Positions 37,985 to 51,850 of a DNA stretch of 64,000 nucleotides are shown here, in pieces. Origin of the DNA: Hypanus sabinus (taxonomy: Eukaryota); assembly GCF_030144855.1 (NCBI RefSeq), contig NC_082731.1:22568001-22632000 (forward strand), written 5' to 3'. The translations under genes were made by a program, and so were the position numbers. The notes under the pieces were generated by a model. The model worked only from the letters and a program-made list of their open reading frames with translations, was not told where the DNA came from and ran no database searches. Within the stretch, counting starts at the first letter, position 1, and each line of letters begins with the position of its first letter.

Positions 37985-40245
37985 AACTTAACTTTTTCCG
38001 TAGATACAGAAATATGGGAAGAGGGGGTGGGGTGGCCCTGTTGCTGAGGAATGAGATTCAGTCCTTAGCAAGGGGTGACTTAGGAACAGGGGAAGTAGAG
38101 TCCGTGTGCATTCAGCTGAGGAACAGTAAGGGTAAAAAGACCCTAATGGGTGTTGTGTACAGGCCCCCAAACAGTACCGTGGATATTGGGTACAAGGTGA
38201 TTAGGGAGTTAACATTGGCATGTGCTAAAGGTAATGCAGTCGTTATGGGAGATTTCAACATGCAGGTGAACTGGGAGAATCGGGTGAGTGCTGGACCCCA
38301 GGATAGGGAGTTTGTGGAGTGTCTGAGGGATGTATTTTTGAAACAGCCTGTGCTTGAGCCAACCAGGAACGAGGCTCTTTTGGACTTGGTGAAGTGTAAT
38401 GAACAGGAATTGATAAGTGATCTTGATGTAAAGTAGCCATTAGGAAGTAGTGATCATAACATGATAAGATTTTATCTACGATTTGTGAGGGATAAAAGCA
38501 GATCAGAGGTGCAGTGTTGCAATTAAATAAAGGAGACTACGGAGACATGAGGGAAGTTAAATGGCCAAAATTAAATGGGCGGATGACCTGGCAGGAAAGA
38601 CAGTGGATTAGCAGTGGCAGATATTCTTGGGGATATTACAAAATATGCAAAAGCAGTTCATTCCAATGAGAAGGAAGCATTCAAAGAGCAGGAAGGGGCC
38701 ACAGTGGTTGACAAAAGAAGTCAGGGATTGTATAGCATTAAAGGAAAAGAAGTATGACAGGGCTAAGATGAGTGGGAATACACATGATTGGGAAAGTTTT
38801 AAGGATCAGCAGATCTTAACTAAAACAGCAACACGGAGAAAAAAAAATCAGTTATGAGCTCAGTCTAGACCGGAATATAAAAGGGGATAGCAAAAGGTTT
38901 TTTAGCTATGTGAAGAGAAAGAAGATAGTTAAGAACAATGTTGGCGCCTTGAAGAATGAATTGGGAGAAATTGTTATGGGTAACAGGGAAATGGCAACAG
39001 AAATTAATGCGTACTTTAGATCTGTCTTCACCAGGTAGGACACAAGCAATCTCCCAGATGAACGGATGGGCCAGGGTCATAAGATATCAGAGGAATTGAA
39101 ACAGACTGACATTAGGAAAGAAACTGTGATGAGTAGACTGATAGGACTGAAGGCTAATAAATCAACGGGTCCAGATGGTCTGCATCCGAGGGTTCTAAAA
39201 GAGGTGGCTCGGGAAATTGCGGATGCATTGGTAATCATTTTCCAATGTTCCTTAGATTCAGGATCGGTTCCTGATTATTGGTGAGTGGCTAATGTTATCC
39301 CACTTTTAAAGAAGGGAGGGAAGGAGAAAACGGAGAGCTATCGCCCTGTTAGCCTAACGTCAGTCGTGGGGAAGATGCTTGAGTCCATTATTAAGGACGA
39401 AATAGTGGCATATCATGATGGCAGTAATAGGATTAGGCCGAGCCAGCATGGATTTACCAAGGGCAAATCATGCTTGACTAATCTGATGGAGTTTCTTGAG
39501 ATTGCAACAAGGATGTTAGACGAGGGTAAGCCAGTGGTAAGCCAGTGTACCTAGATTTTCAGAAGGCATTCGATAAAGTGCCACATAGGAGATTAGTGAG
39601 TAAAATCATGGCAGTGGGGGCAGGATTTCAACATGGATAGAAAACTGGTTGGCAGATAGAAAGTAAAGGGTAGCAGTGAATGGTTGTTTCTGGGACTGGC
39701 TGGAGGTGACTAGTGGGGTACCACAGGGCTCTGTATTGGGACCACAGCTCTTTACGATTTATGTCAACGATTTAGATGAGGGCATTGAAAACTATATCAG
39801 CAAGTTTGCTGACGATACTAAACTGGGTGGCAGTGTGACATGCGAAGAGGACGTTAGAAGTATACAGGGAGACTTGGATAGGTTGGATGAGTGGTCAGAT
39901 GCTTGGCAGATGTCATTCAACGTGAATAAATGTGAGGTTATCCACTTTGGAAGCAGGAACAAGAGGACAGTGTATTGTCTGAACGGTGTAGAGTTAGGCA
40001 AGGGAGAATGCAAAGAGACCTAGGAGTCCTAGTTCATCAGTCAATGAAGGTGAATGAGCAAGTTCAACAGGCAGTGAAGAGGGCAAATGGAATTTTGGCA
40101 TTTATTACAAGGGGAATTGAGTACAAGAGCAAGAACAAGGCAGGGACTGGGTATTGATAGTGAATGATCAGCCATGATCTCAGAAAGTCGGTGCAGACTC
40201 GAGGGGCCGAATGGTCTACTTTTTAACCTATTGTCTATTGTCTAC
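37985..40245 (+). mobile_element. CR1 LINE ORF2 (APE + RT), 5' truncated, decayed
   Basis: GGGVALL..GVVYRPPNS..VMGDFNM (APE); SYRPVSLTSVVGKMLE, GVPQGSVLGPQLF, KFADDTKLGG (RT); (CTATTGT)n tail near 40230. Confidence 0.92.
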
Positions 40246-40249
40246 TGTA

Positions 40250-40726
40250 AACGCCGCCTGCACATTTTAAGCACTGAACCAGACTAAGCTTTTCCATATT
40301 ATCCGTCAATCGGCATTCATCCAGTAACTTCAAAATCTTTTGAAACCAAGCCTCATATTCCTCTTCCCTTTCTAATGTGGATTTGACTCCAGAGAACATT
40401 GTCAGCCTACAATAACTTCGGAACTTCGAACATGTTCCTCTGCATTTATCTACCAGTGATGCAATAGCCACAATGAACTCAACAGGTAAATCAGAAAATG
40501 AAACGCTCAGTGTTTCTATCAGATGAATCAACTCCTTCCAAACAAACTGAAAAAAAGGTGTTTTTTTTAGTGTATCCGCCCTCCATTGCTGTAGACTCGA
40601 CTTCCAATTTGGGACATTCGCCAACTTTGCGTTGTCTTGAAGGTATGGACGGACCTTGGCCTTGCATTTCCTGGTACTCAAAATGAGTACAAGCATCAGT
40701 AAGGGGCAATTTCTCAATGCCATCAA
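40250..40726 (-). mobile_element. PNMA-like Gypsy gag relic, copy B (163-codon open frame)
   Basis: YCRLTMFSGVKSTLEREEEYEAWFQKILKLLDEC..TDNMEKLSLVQCLK resembles the PNMA/Gypsy capsid motif (L..FSG..P...GEE.FE.WL). Confidence 0.75.
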
Positions 40727-41334
40727 CGCTTAACTCCTGCGTTGTCTTTAAACACTCCCCTTATCACTTTCCCGGAAAAATATTTTAAAACATCCTTAAA
40801 GACAAACTTACTTAATCAATTCTGAGGAGAATCATACAGATGTCAAGGAAATCAATCCAGGTTGATAGCTCCACAATGAAAAGACTTTTGATTCGGTATC
40901 TCTGTGCTGATTAATTTTAAATATACGTATCTTAAATAGTCCAATGCACATTACTTTGGAGCTCGAAAAGAACTTAAAGAAAAAAAAGCAGTATAAGAAG
41001 GTAGAGCAGGTTCGTCTAGCTGGACTGAAGAAGCTGCTCCGCCTTTGAAAAAAAATCATGTTTAATCTGGCCATGGACTCATTTCCACCTACCTGTATTT
41101 TCCTCATAATCATTATTTCCCCTAACATGCCGAAATCTATCTAACCTTGTCTTAAATGTATTTACCAAAGATATGTTTACTGCTTTATTTGACAGAGAAT
41201 TGAACATACTCACCACTATCTCTGAAAATTATTTCCTTCTCATCAGTCCTATATCTCTTCCCCTGAATGACGACTCAATGTGCTCAATTCTGGTCTCACC
41301 CACATGTGGTAACAACTGGCCTGTCTGAATTGTA

Positions 41335-42177
41335 TGTTTCGTATTCCGGCAACAATAAATATATGAGTTCGGCAAGGGTTTTATATAAAAAACAACACGT
41401 TTATTAAACAGAGAAAACAAACCCCCCAAAAGTAAACAAACACTAACGTAACTGGAAACAAACTGCGGTGCAGCAGCCCAAACAGTTCTTAAAGCGATGT
41501 TGCAAAAATAGTTCTTGAAAGTGGTATTGCCAAAAGTACGATATGCTCACAGTCCATTTGAAAGGAGAGACTTTATAAGACGATTTCAATTCTCTTTCAC
41601 GTCGCTTGCTTCGATCCCCGACTTCGAACTTCCAACGAAGAATTTACGAAACGAAACGGCTTAAAGGCACTCACCCTTCCTTCTTCACTACCTTCAATCC
41701 TTTCTGGTTAAACCTGGGGATTAACATGAAGATAGTCAACGAAATCCTTCCAAGTAAGGATCAAACAGAGGTTGAAACCCGTTTCACCGTAGAAAGCGAT
41801 TCTCCTCGATCTTTAACACCCGAACGTCTATCTTCAATCTGCACTGTCTCGAACTAGCAGAATCGTAAAGAACCTGCTGGCAATGACCTTTTAAACTTTA
41901 GGCATTAGATAAAAACTTCATCCTTCAACTAAACTGCGCCATCACTTAAAACACGCAGTAGCAAGAAGTTGATTTGGCAAATCCAGCCACGAAAAGCACC
42001 TCCTCACAAGGTGGTGTCTACCTTTTATAACCTGTAAAGAAAACCTGTCACATTATCTCGACTGGCAGGAAAATGACGTCCTTCCACCATCACAAGACCA
42101 TTACCTCATGTCCAGTTTAGCTTCAACCCCAGTCATGTGACAAGGGCACCACTGTCATGTGTCACGAGTACGTAACA
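41335..42177 (-). repeat. 3' LTR of the Gmr1-like element
   Basis: Direct repeat of 47009-47649; TG...CA termini. Confidence 0.9.
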
Positions 42178-45100
42178 CCTCCCTCCAAAAAAACATTTTT
42201 GGTCTGACAAGAACAATTTTTTTTAACAGTTGTTTACAAAAGAATACAAAGGTATAAATTTTATAATATATACAATACACAAAACCATCATATAACAACT
42301 TATAACTCACAATACAGTAGGAGTGTTATAATTGAAACAAAAAACACTCCATAAAAAATACAGTTTACATTCAACATCGAGATAGACAATCAGCAACCAC
42401 ATTATCTTTACCTTTAATATGAGTTATCACAATAGTGTACTCTTGTAATATCAAACTCCAATTTAATAATCTTCTGTTTTTGTTTTTCATCTTACTCAGA
42501 AAACCTAACGGATTAAGATCAGTGTAAACAATAAGTGGTTTTTGAGTTGTACCAACATATACCTCAACATATTCCAAAGCTAACACAAGAGATAACAATT
42601 CTTTCTCCATTGTCGAATTGTTTCTTTAATGCTTATTAAATTTCTTAGAAAAGTAATCTACTGGATGATCAACCTCATCACCCTCATTCCTTTGCATTAA
42701 TACTGCTCCTGCAGCCTCATCACTAGCAACCACAGCCAATGAAAAAGGTTTTTTCAAAGTCAGGTGCCTTAAGCACAGGTTGTTGACATATCATTGTTTT
42801 CAATTTTTCAAAAGCTTCTTGACAAGGCAACATCCACACAAACTTCTCATTCATCTGCAGAAGGTTAGTTAATGGAAGGGCAACATTAGCAAAATTCTTA
42901 CAAAATTTCCGATAATATCCTACCATTCCCAAAAACCTTCTGAGGGTCTTTTTCCCCGTTGGAGTGGGAATCTCTAAAATTGCCAGAACATTTGCCTGAA
43001 CAGGAGCTACCTTACCTTGATCCAAAGCATAACCAAGGTAAGTCACAGTGGCATGTCCAAATTCACACTTAGCTAAATTAATAGTTAAGTTAGCTTTTGA
43101 AAGCCTTTCAAACAATTTCTCCATCGCAATAATGTGTGCTTCCCAAGTATATTTTCCTGTCACTAAATCAACAATGTAAGCATCAGTATCTTTCAATCCC
43201 TGAATCACAGAGTTAATCATCCTCTGGAAAGTACCTGGGGCATTCTTCATCCCAAATGGAAGAACATTATACTCATACAACCCAGATGGAGTTACAAATG
43301 CAGAAATCCCTCTACCTCTGTCCATTAATGGAACACACCAATATCCTTTCAATAAATCAATCTTTGTAAGGAACTTTATTTTTCCAACTTTATCTACACA
43401 ATCAACTATCTAGGAATTGAATATGCATCTGTTTTCGTTACAGCATTCACCTTCCTATCATCCGTAGAAAACCTAATAATACCATCTGGTTTTGGCACCA
43501 TAACACATGGCGAACTCCAATTCGAGTTTGAATGCCTAATGATATTATTCTCTAACATATATTCAATTTCCTTCTCAGCAAGTTCACATTTTTCGATGTT
43601 CATCCTATACGGATGTTGCTTAATAGGTTTGGCATCTCCAACATCTACATCATGTGAAGCTATGGTAGTCCTTCTCGGAACATCTGCAAACAACTCCTTA
43701 TATTTAAAATTTAACTCCTTCATCTGTTGTCTCTGCTCTAACTGTAAATCTGCTAATTTTTCATCAATATTTTCCAGAATGGTTGAATTTGGTAGCCTAA
43801 CAGAAACAATGTTGGATTTAGAATGAAAGTCAGATGAATCATCTATCATGTTCCTAGTTAAATCAAACTCATTCTCACAAACCACAACAGTCACAGTATC
43901 AGATTGTTTCTCAAACTATGGTTTCAACATATTTATATGGCAAAGTTGTGTTGACCTTCTACAATCTGGAGTTCCTATCACGTAATCCATATCATTGATT
44001 TTAGACACAATTTCATAAGGACCATGAAATCTAGCTTGTAAAGGATTTGTCTGAAACTGGGAAAAGAACCAACACCTTATCTCCAGGCTTAATCATCCTC
44101 ACCCTAGCTTCTTTATCTTACAAAGTCTTCATTTTCTCCTGAGCCAACTTTAAATTGTCCTTAGCTAAGCTACAAGCTTTATGTAACCTGTCCTTAAATT
44201 TCAAAACATAGTCCAACAAATTAATGTGTACTTCCTTTCTAATCCACTGTTCTTTCAATAAAGCTAATGTTCCTCTAATTCTATGCCCAAAACACAAGTT
44301 CAAATGGAGTGAAACCTAAAGATTCCTGTACTAATTCCCTTACTGCAAATAAAAGTAAGTTTATACCCTCATTCCAATCACTTTCATTTTCCACACAAAA
44401 TCTCCTAATCATATTCTTGAGGGTTGAATGAAACTTCTCCAAGGCACCCTGCGATTCTGGATGGTAAGCAGACGAACTGATTTGCTTAGCTCCCAATTTA
44501 TAAACTATCTGTTGAACCAATCCAGACATAAAGTTACTGCCTTGATCAGTTTGTATCTCCTTAGGTAATCCAAAATAAGTAAAAAAAAATATAAGGGCCT
44601 TTGTCACAGTTCTAGCTTTTATATTCCTAAGTGGTACTGCCTCTGAAAACCTAGACGAAGTACACATGATAGTCAACAAATACTGATAACCAGTTCTAGT
44701 CTTTGGTAATGGAACAACACAATCTACAATAACTTTAGAAAACGTTTCACCAAATGCTGGGATAGGTTTCAATGGAGCTACTGGTGTAACCTGATTTGGT
44801 TTACCCACAATCTGACAACTATGGCACGTTTTACAAACATCGCCACATCTTTTCTTAGACCAGGCCAGTAAAAATGATTTAAAATCTTGTCCACAGTTTT
44901 CCTTACCTCTTGATGTCCACCTAAAGGCACACTATGAGCTAAAGTCAAAATCTCATTTCGATAAACTTTCGGAACAACTACCTGGTAAACAATATTCCAA
45001 TCGTCACTTGCAGGAATTGTAGGCGATCTCCACTTCCTCATCAACACTCCTTTTTCCAAGTAATATCCTACTGGCACCTTATCAATTTCACTATCTAGTA

Positions 45101-47008
45101 AAACCTGCTCTCTTAATTTTATAATCTCAAAGTCTCTATTCTGCTCTGCTATCATCTCCTTCCGAGACAGAGATAAATCTTTATAGTCAGAGTCACTCCA
45201 AGAATCTTGTTCTAACAACGAAGATAATAAAGTCTCTGACACATCCTCAAAACTCGAATCCTGAGTTGAACAGTCCTGAGTAACAACCTCATTCTGCACA
45301 TCAATCTTTTTAGCCATAGCTCTAGTCACAACACAGGAAGAATCTGTGTTAGAATTCAACTCTGGTTCCTCTGACTCCATTGTCAAATGCACTTCAGGAA
45401 AAACTTGTCCACCTGCCAAGTCATTACCTAACAATAAAGAAATACCCTTCCCAGGTAAGCTATGCTGTAATCCTACTTTAACAAATCCTGTAACTAACCC
45501 TGACTTTAAATTTACTTTATGTAAATGTACAGGCATAAAATCACTTCCAACACCTCTTATATAATTTACCTCACCAGTATCAGACTCTTCATTAATCTTT
45601 AACACACTGTCTAACATCAGTGATTGAGAAGCACTAGTATCCCTAAGGATTCTTATTGGCACCAGCGTCGATCCTTCTTTCAAGGATACAAACCCTTCAG
45701 TTATAAAATGATCATTTCCCTTTCTAACTTGGTCAGACTCTAACAAAGCCTCCTTTGTGTTTATCAAACACTGTGACTTTACAGTTGCTTCAGTATGTTG
45801 CACACAAGCATCTGGAACTGCTTCCTTCTCTTTCTTTTTCAATTTGAAACAGTTAGCTATTATCTGGCCAGGCTTCCTACAATAGTTACAAATAAGACCA
45901 AACTGTCTTTCCTTCACAGGCTTTCCTTTCTCCTTAACTTTCTCATTAACCTTTGCTTTAATTTCTGATTTGCCTTGAGTCTCCACGTTATTTTTCCACT
46001 TAAAAATTCTGCCCTGAGGAAATTTATTCTTATGGATTAAAACATACTCAGCAGCTAATCTAGCACAGTCCTGCAATTTATCAGTATCCTTCTCATTTAA
46101 GTAAGACCGTACTTCAACAGGAATGTTTCTTTTAAATTCCTCCATTAAAATCAGCTCCCTCAATGTATCATAGTCCCATTTACATTTTTTGAAGAAATCC
46201 ATCTCTCAAAACACATAGCTTTATCATAGGCAAATTCCACATAAGTTTTTTTTTCCACAGACTTTTTCAAACTTCTGAATCTTTCCCTATAAACTTCTGA
46301 GACCAACTCATATGCGTTTAAGACATGCATCTTTACAATATCATAATCAAGTGCTTGTGCAGCTGTTAAATCCGTGTAAACTTGTTGTGCTTTAACTTTA
46401 ATTACCCTCTGCAACAACACTGACCATTTATCTTTCGGACACTCTGACATCCGAGCAATAGTTTCAAAATGTTGAAAATACCTTTCCACTTCTGTTTCAC
46501 AAAATGGCGGGACCAATTTAATTTCTTGACTAGCAACAAAAGTTTTTTTAGAACCAGAAGACTGATTCCCAGACCTTAATTCCTTCATTGCATATGCAAA
46601 TTCTCTCTGCTTTTGTTCCGCCTCCAAATTACACCTCTCCAATTTCATTTGTTCGATTTGCAACTCCATCTCCAAATTACTTATTGGAAACGACTCTAAA
46701 ACCAAATCCTCAAAAACACCCGAATCCACGTAGTTTGACGCGATTTTCCCCTGTAAAACAGCCTTAGATGTAGTTTACAAAATACATTTAAGTTGCAGTC
46801 TACTAGCTATCTCAAACACCTCAGTTTTTTTCGCCTTCGCCAACACCTCTGCAGCTGGCGAAGCCAAAAACTCATCAATATTCATTTCTGCCGAATACCA
46901 CAAGACAAACAAAAGAAACGAGTAATCCCCTTTTCCAAAACACCGACTCAAAAGTCAGCAAGCATTTAAACTCAAAAGATCCAATCCAGTCGCAGCCCCC
47001 ATATTTAA

Positions 47009-47649
47009 TACTACGTATTCAGGCAACAATAAATATATGAGTTCGGCAAGGGTTTTATATAATAAACAACACGGTTATTAAACACAGAAAACAAACCCCC
47101 CAAAAGAAAACAAACACTAACGTAACCGGAAACAAACTGCGGTGCGGCAGCCCAAACAGTTCTTAAAGCGATATTGCAAAAACAGTACTTGAAAGTGGTA
47201 CTGCCAAAAGTTCGATATACTCACAGTCCATTTGAAAGGAGAGACTTTATAAGACGATTTAAATTCTCTTTCACGTCGCTTGCTTCGATCCCCGACGTCG
47301 AACTTCCCACGAATAATTTACGAAACGAAACGGCTTAAAGGCACTGACCTTTCCTTCTTCACTACCTTCAATTCTTTCTGGTTAAGCCCAGGGATTAACA
47401 CGAAGATAATCAAAGAAATCCTTCCAAATAAGGATCAAACAATGGTTGAAACCCGTTTCACTGTAGAAACCGATTCTCCTCGATCTTTAACACCCGAACA
47501 TCGATCTTCACTCTCCACTGACTCGAACTAGCAGCATCGTAAAGAACCTGCTGGCAATGACTTTTTAAACTTTAGCCATTAGCTAAAAACTTCATCCTTC
47601 AACTAAACGTGACAAGGGCACCAGTGTCATGTGTCACGAGTACGTAAAA
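47009..47649 (-). repeat. 5' LTR of the Gmr1-like element (about 200-bp internal deletion)
   Basis: About 93% identical by eye to the other LTR over the first 215 nt; lacks the segment equivalent to about 41935-42137. Confidence 0.9.
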
Positions 47650-48440
47650 TGTATCAATCCCTTCCATAATTGTGCATGTTTCTATCAGGACCTCTTGTCT
47701 TTCTCCTGAATTCCGGCGAGCAGATACCCAAGCGCCTCAATTTCTCCTCATAGTGCAACCGCCTTATCTCTGGAAACTACTTGGTGAATCTCCACTGCAC
47801 TGCATCCGCAGGTAAGTAGAACAGAACTGCACACAATACTCCATTTACAGGCTCAGCAGGCCAAGACACAGTTGCAGCATAGCCTCCCTGTTCTTAAATT
47901 GAATCACGCTGGCAATTGGGGCCAGCATTCCATTTGCCTTCTTGATAGACTGCTGAACCAGAAAACCATCCTTTGTGATTCATGAATAAACACTCCCAAC
48001 TCCATCTGCAGAAAACAATGTTGCATTGTTTTTACCATTTAAGTAATACTTTGCTCCATCATTTTGCCGTTCAATGTGGATGACCTCGCATTTACAAACA
48101 CTGTACGTGATCAGTCAGAAAAGTGTACATTCTATAAACTTTGCTATTTCCGTCTGCAGACTCCCCTTGTCTTCTGCAATATTTGCTTTTCCAATCTGCT
48201 TAGTATCATCATCAAACTTAGATAATCTACACTGAGTAGTCTCATGCAATTAATTGAACAGTTATGTGCCCAGCACTATACCTGCAGCACACCGCTGACC
48301 ACCGATTCCGAAATAGCTAACAAAGATATATTCCTAGAACTCTGTGTTAACTATTGGCTATCCAATACTCCATCCATGCTAATACATCACGCGAAACTCC
48401 AGGCATCCTTACATTTTGCAGAGTAAGTGGGTAAGACGTG
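47650..48440 (-). mobile_element. CR1 fragment, host of the Gmr1-like insertion
   Basis: Rejoins 41334 (GAAT TGTA|TGTA TCAATCCC) and matches unit A GAATTGTATCTATCCC. Confidence 0.8.
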
Positions 48441-49950
48441 AAAAAATAGGACCTAACAAATGAAACAGTGGGAATGTGTGTATGGAACCAGAGGAAAGAG
48501 AAGAGGTACTTAATGAATAATTTACGTCAGAATTCGCTATGACAAAGGATCTTGGTGATTGTAGTGATGATTTGCAGCAGCTGTAAAGAATTAGCATGTA
48601 GATATTATAAAAGAGGATATGCTGGAACTTTGGAAAAGCATCAAGTTGGATAAGTCCCGGTACTGGATGATATGTACTCCAGGCTACTGTGGAAGTCGAG
48701 GGAAGAGATTGCTGAGCCTCTGGTGATGATCTGTGCCTCACCAATGGGGACGGGAGAGGTTCCGAAGGATTGTAGGGTTGCGGATGTTGTTCCTTTATTC
48801 AAGAAAGGGAGTAGAGATAGCCGAAAAATTAATAGACCAGAGTGTCGTAACTTCAATAATAAGTGATTGATGGAGAAGATCCTGAGAGTCAGGATTTATG
48901 AAAATTGGGGAAGAATAATAAGATTCGGAATAGTCAAGGGCACGACGGGCCTTTCGAGTGATTGAATTTTCTGATGATCTGGCTAAACATATTGATTAAG
49001 GAAGAGCAGTAGATGTAGTGCATATGATTTCAGCCAGGCATTTGTTAAGGTAACCCAAGCAAGACTTATTGAGAAAGTAAGGTTTCATGGGATCCAAGGT
49101 GGGATAGTGGATATTGCGGAGGGCTGTCAAGTGCCAAACTGTGCTGAAAAGCGGCAGATGGAGAGAAACACAGATACGTGTGAGGTGGTTTATTTTGTTC
49201 TGTCCAATATGATGACAGAATATAGTATTAATAGTAAAACTCTTGGCAGTGTGGAGAATCAGAGGGATCTTGTGGTCCGAATTCATATGGCGTTCAAAGC
49301 AGCTGCACAGCTTGACACTATGGATAAAAAGCCATGCGGTGTATTGGCTTTCATCAAAATTGTAAATTATTTTAGTAGCGAAGATGTAGCGTTGCAGTTG
49401 TAAAGGAGCTAGCTCAGACCCCACTTAGAGTACTGTGCCCAATTGTGGTCGACTCACTACAGGAAGGATGTGGAAACCATTGAAATGGTGCAGAGGAGAT
49501 TTACAAGAATGTTGCCTGGAAGAGATCATGCCTTATGGGAACAGGTTGGGTGACCTCGGCCTTTTTTTTCCTTGCAGCGACGGAGGATGAGAGGGAACCT
49601 GTTAGAAGTGCATAAGGTGATGAGAGGCATTGCTCGTGTGGATCGTTAGAGACTTTTTTTTCCAGGGCTGAAATGGCTGCCACAAGGGGAGACAGGATTA
49701 ATGTTCCTGGGAGTAGGTACTTAGGAGATGTCAGGGGTGTTGGTTTTATTTCCTTTTTACGCAGGGAGTGGCGAGACGTGGGATGCGCTACCAGCAAGGA
49801 TGGTGGAGGTGGATACGATAGGCTAATTTAAGGGACTTTTGGCGAGCTACAAGGAGCTTCGAAAAATAGAGTGTTATAGTCAACGGCAGTAATTTCTAAG
49901 GTAGTGTCTCATTCGGCACGGCTTTGTGGGCCGAATGGCCTGTATTCTGC
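48440..49950 (+). mobile_element. CR1 LINE RT/3' fragments
   Basis: SREEIAEPLVMI..TGEVPKDCRVADVVPLFKKG; 3' UTR ending near 49950. Confidence 0.8.
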
Positions 49951-50149
49951 TGTAGGAATTGTATTTTAATAAATGCTTAAACCTGCTGCGTTTGCTAGCT
50001 GCAACAGTTCAAATTCTGAGAAAAGTTATCCATATACAGTTTGGAGATTCTGGCGTTGTAATGTTCTGCGGCGGATAAGAGAAACGACTACCACTTTGGT
50101 GCCAGGTTTGAGCTGAAGATGGAGAACAATCTCATAGCATATTCATTTT

Positions 50150-51850
50150 ACTGTCCATGGGTGCTTTGCGGAGATATATGCCTATGATTTCAGCCTGACG
50201 TACTGTTCAGGAAGGAGGAACATTGACGCTGATGTTTGTCTCAATGTACTCATTAAATGCTGGATAGAGACCAAGAGTGAGCGAACGTTCCTCCCCGGAG
50301 AAAAACCCATATGATAGTTTGCCATCGTGGTGAAAGCAACCAGAATGCAAGGGAGGACATCGAATGATAGATCAATTCGGAGCTTCTGATGACGCACTTG
50401 CATCAGTTTACTGTAACCTTATTGCTCCGAAGACAAACCAGTTCCATGAAATGAGTACTGTGGATGCGGCAGCTACTCAGTTAGATGATACAAGCATCGG
50501 TACTTTTTGGTCAGCGGTCTAGTAGGGAGACATGGACCAAGTGGATAAGATGAAACACGCGTTGGTGCCTCGGTTACTGAGAGAATGGCCTTGCCTGGAT
50601 TTGGAGAACCAGTACCTTTACCAGGTCATATACCCTCCAGATCTAACTCGGCGTTTCCAGCTGGTTTTGCTTGAGAAGTATCGGAGAATTGTGTTCAATT
50701 CTATTCATGATCTTCCTGGACATTCTGGAGTTGAAAAGGCCTATGGATTGCTTAGAGAACGGTTTTACTGGCCCAGAATTAGCGGAGGATAATGAAAACT
50801 ACAAATCTTGCATTCGATGCACGAGGAAGAAGACGCTGCCAACGAGGGCCGCAACGGTGTTACACTTATAGAATGCGGGGCCATTTGACCTAGTGTGGTC
50901 AGCATATGTAACATCTGGCCCACAGCGACAACTGCAAAGGAAATGAAGAAAACCAGGCACTCGCCACAATATCTGATGTTCGAGCGCGAGCCAAGTTTCC
51001 CATTCGAAGTTTGTTTTAGTGCCGGCGAGGAATATCTACTACCGAAGATTTATTTTAACTATCTTTCTAATATGAGAAAGGTGCTTAAAAATGCACATGA
51101 AATAGCTGAGGTCTCAGATACCAAACAAGATCAAGGAAATAAGTGAAGGAAGGATGGGAAATTTAGTTACTCCCAAGTCATACCGGGAGACGAAGCACTC
51201 TGAGGGTTCACTTGGCAAGCGTAGTTCGGCTGACCGGTGGGAGGCTCCGCACCATGAAGTGAAGACTCAGATACCTGAAATACTAATTTTTCGGCTGAAA
51301 CCAGGATGGGAATGGGCCTGTCACGACTCTCGATCGGAACCACTTTCTGCCTTTGGGACAAGAGGAGCGAGTTGATCCAGACCCGAACTGGAGCTTAAAC
51401 CCACTAAGCGGACTCTGTGGCGGCGCGGGGTATCTGAATGACCAACAACATGAGAGATAAGACCGGCCCTCGCCTCTGAATAGGATACTGATTGGGAGAA
51501 TGAGTAAATGTGGGTGTGTTATATTCTGCCTTTTGATAACTTCCCACTGATTGATGAAGAGATTCTCAATCCTTCTGATTGTGTCAGGTGGATTGGGGGA
51601 TAGGGGCCTGTTGTGGGGCTTGCTATCTGTGGACAACTGGATTCATTGGGACTTTGCACAGGAGGCAGCTGGGCGTAGACAAGGGTTCCGAGTTTCAGGA
51701 GGACACGAGTCATAAACCAGGGAGGGCTTAGCCAGGTACAGTCCAAGTATCACATGTAGTGTCGGAACCTAAAGGAGTAGATGAGGAGTAAGGAGTTCTC
51801 AAAGAAAGAGGCCACCGGATAGGCTGGCCAACGTAGCACATGGGGAACAG
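50150..51850 (+). mobile_element. Gypsy pol relic (RNase H end, integrase; PNMA-type family inferred)
   Basis: AYDFSLTYCSGRRNIDAD; HDLPGHSGVEKAYGLLRERFYWP (H2C2); SPQYLMFEREPSFP; decayed PGD..L..ADRW...HRNH.LP C-terminus. Confidence 0.8.

Larger units (their letters stand above)
41335..47649 (-). mobile_element. Gmr1-like Ty3/Gypsy retrotransposon, near full length, decayed
   Basis: LTRs 47009-47649 and 41335-42177; 4-bp TSD TGTA; PBS-like TGGGGGCTGCGAC and PPT GGAGGGAGG; minus order gag (LVPPF..VERYFQHFE), CCHC (CNYCRKPGQIIANC), protease (RDTSASQS), integrase (H2C2 then rve 44281-44808), RT (LPFGMKNAPGTFQR, YIVD), RNase H. Confidence 0.93.

Noticed and set aside
38700-43045. Isolated CACAGTG heptamers at 38700 and about 43025, inside a CR1 and the Gypsy
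   Set aside because: No nonamer at 12 or 23 bp spacing
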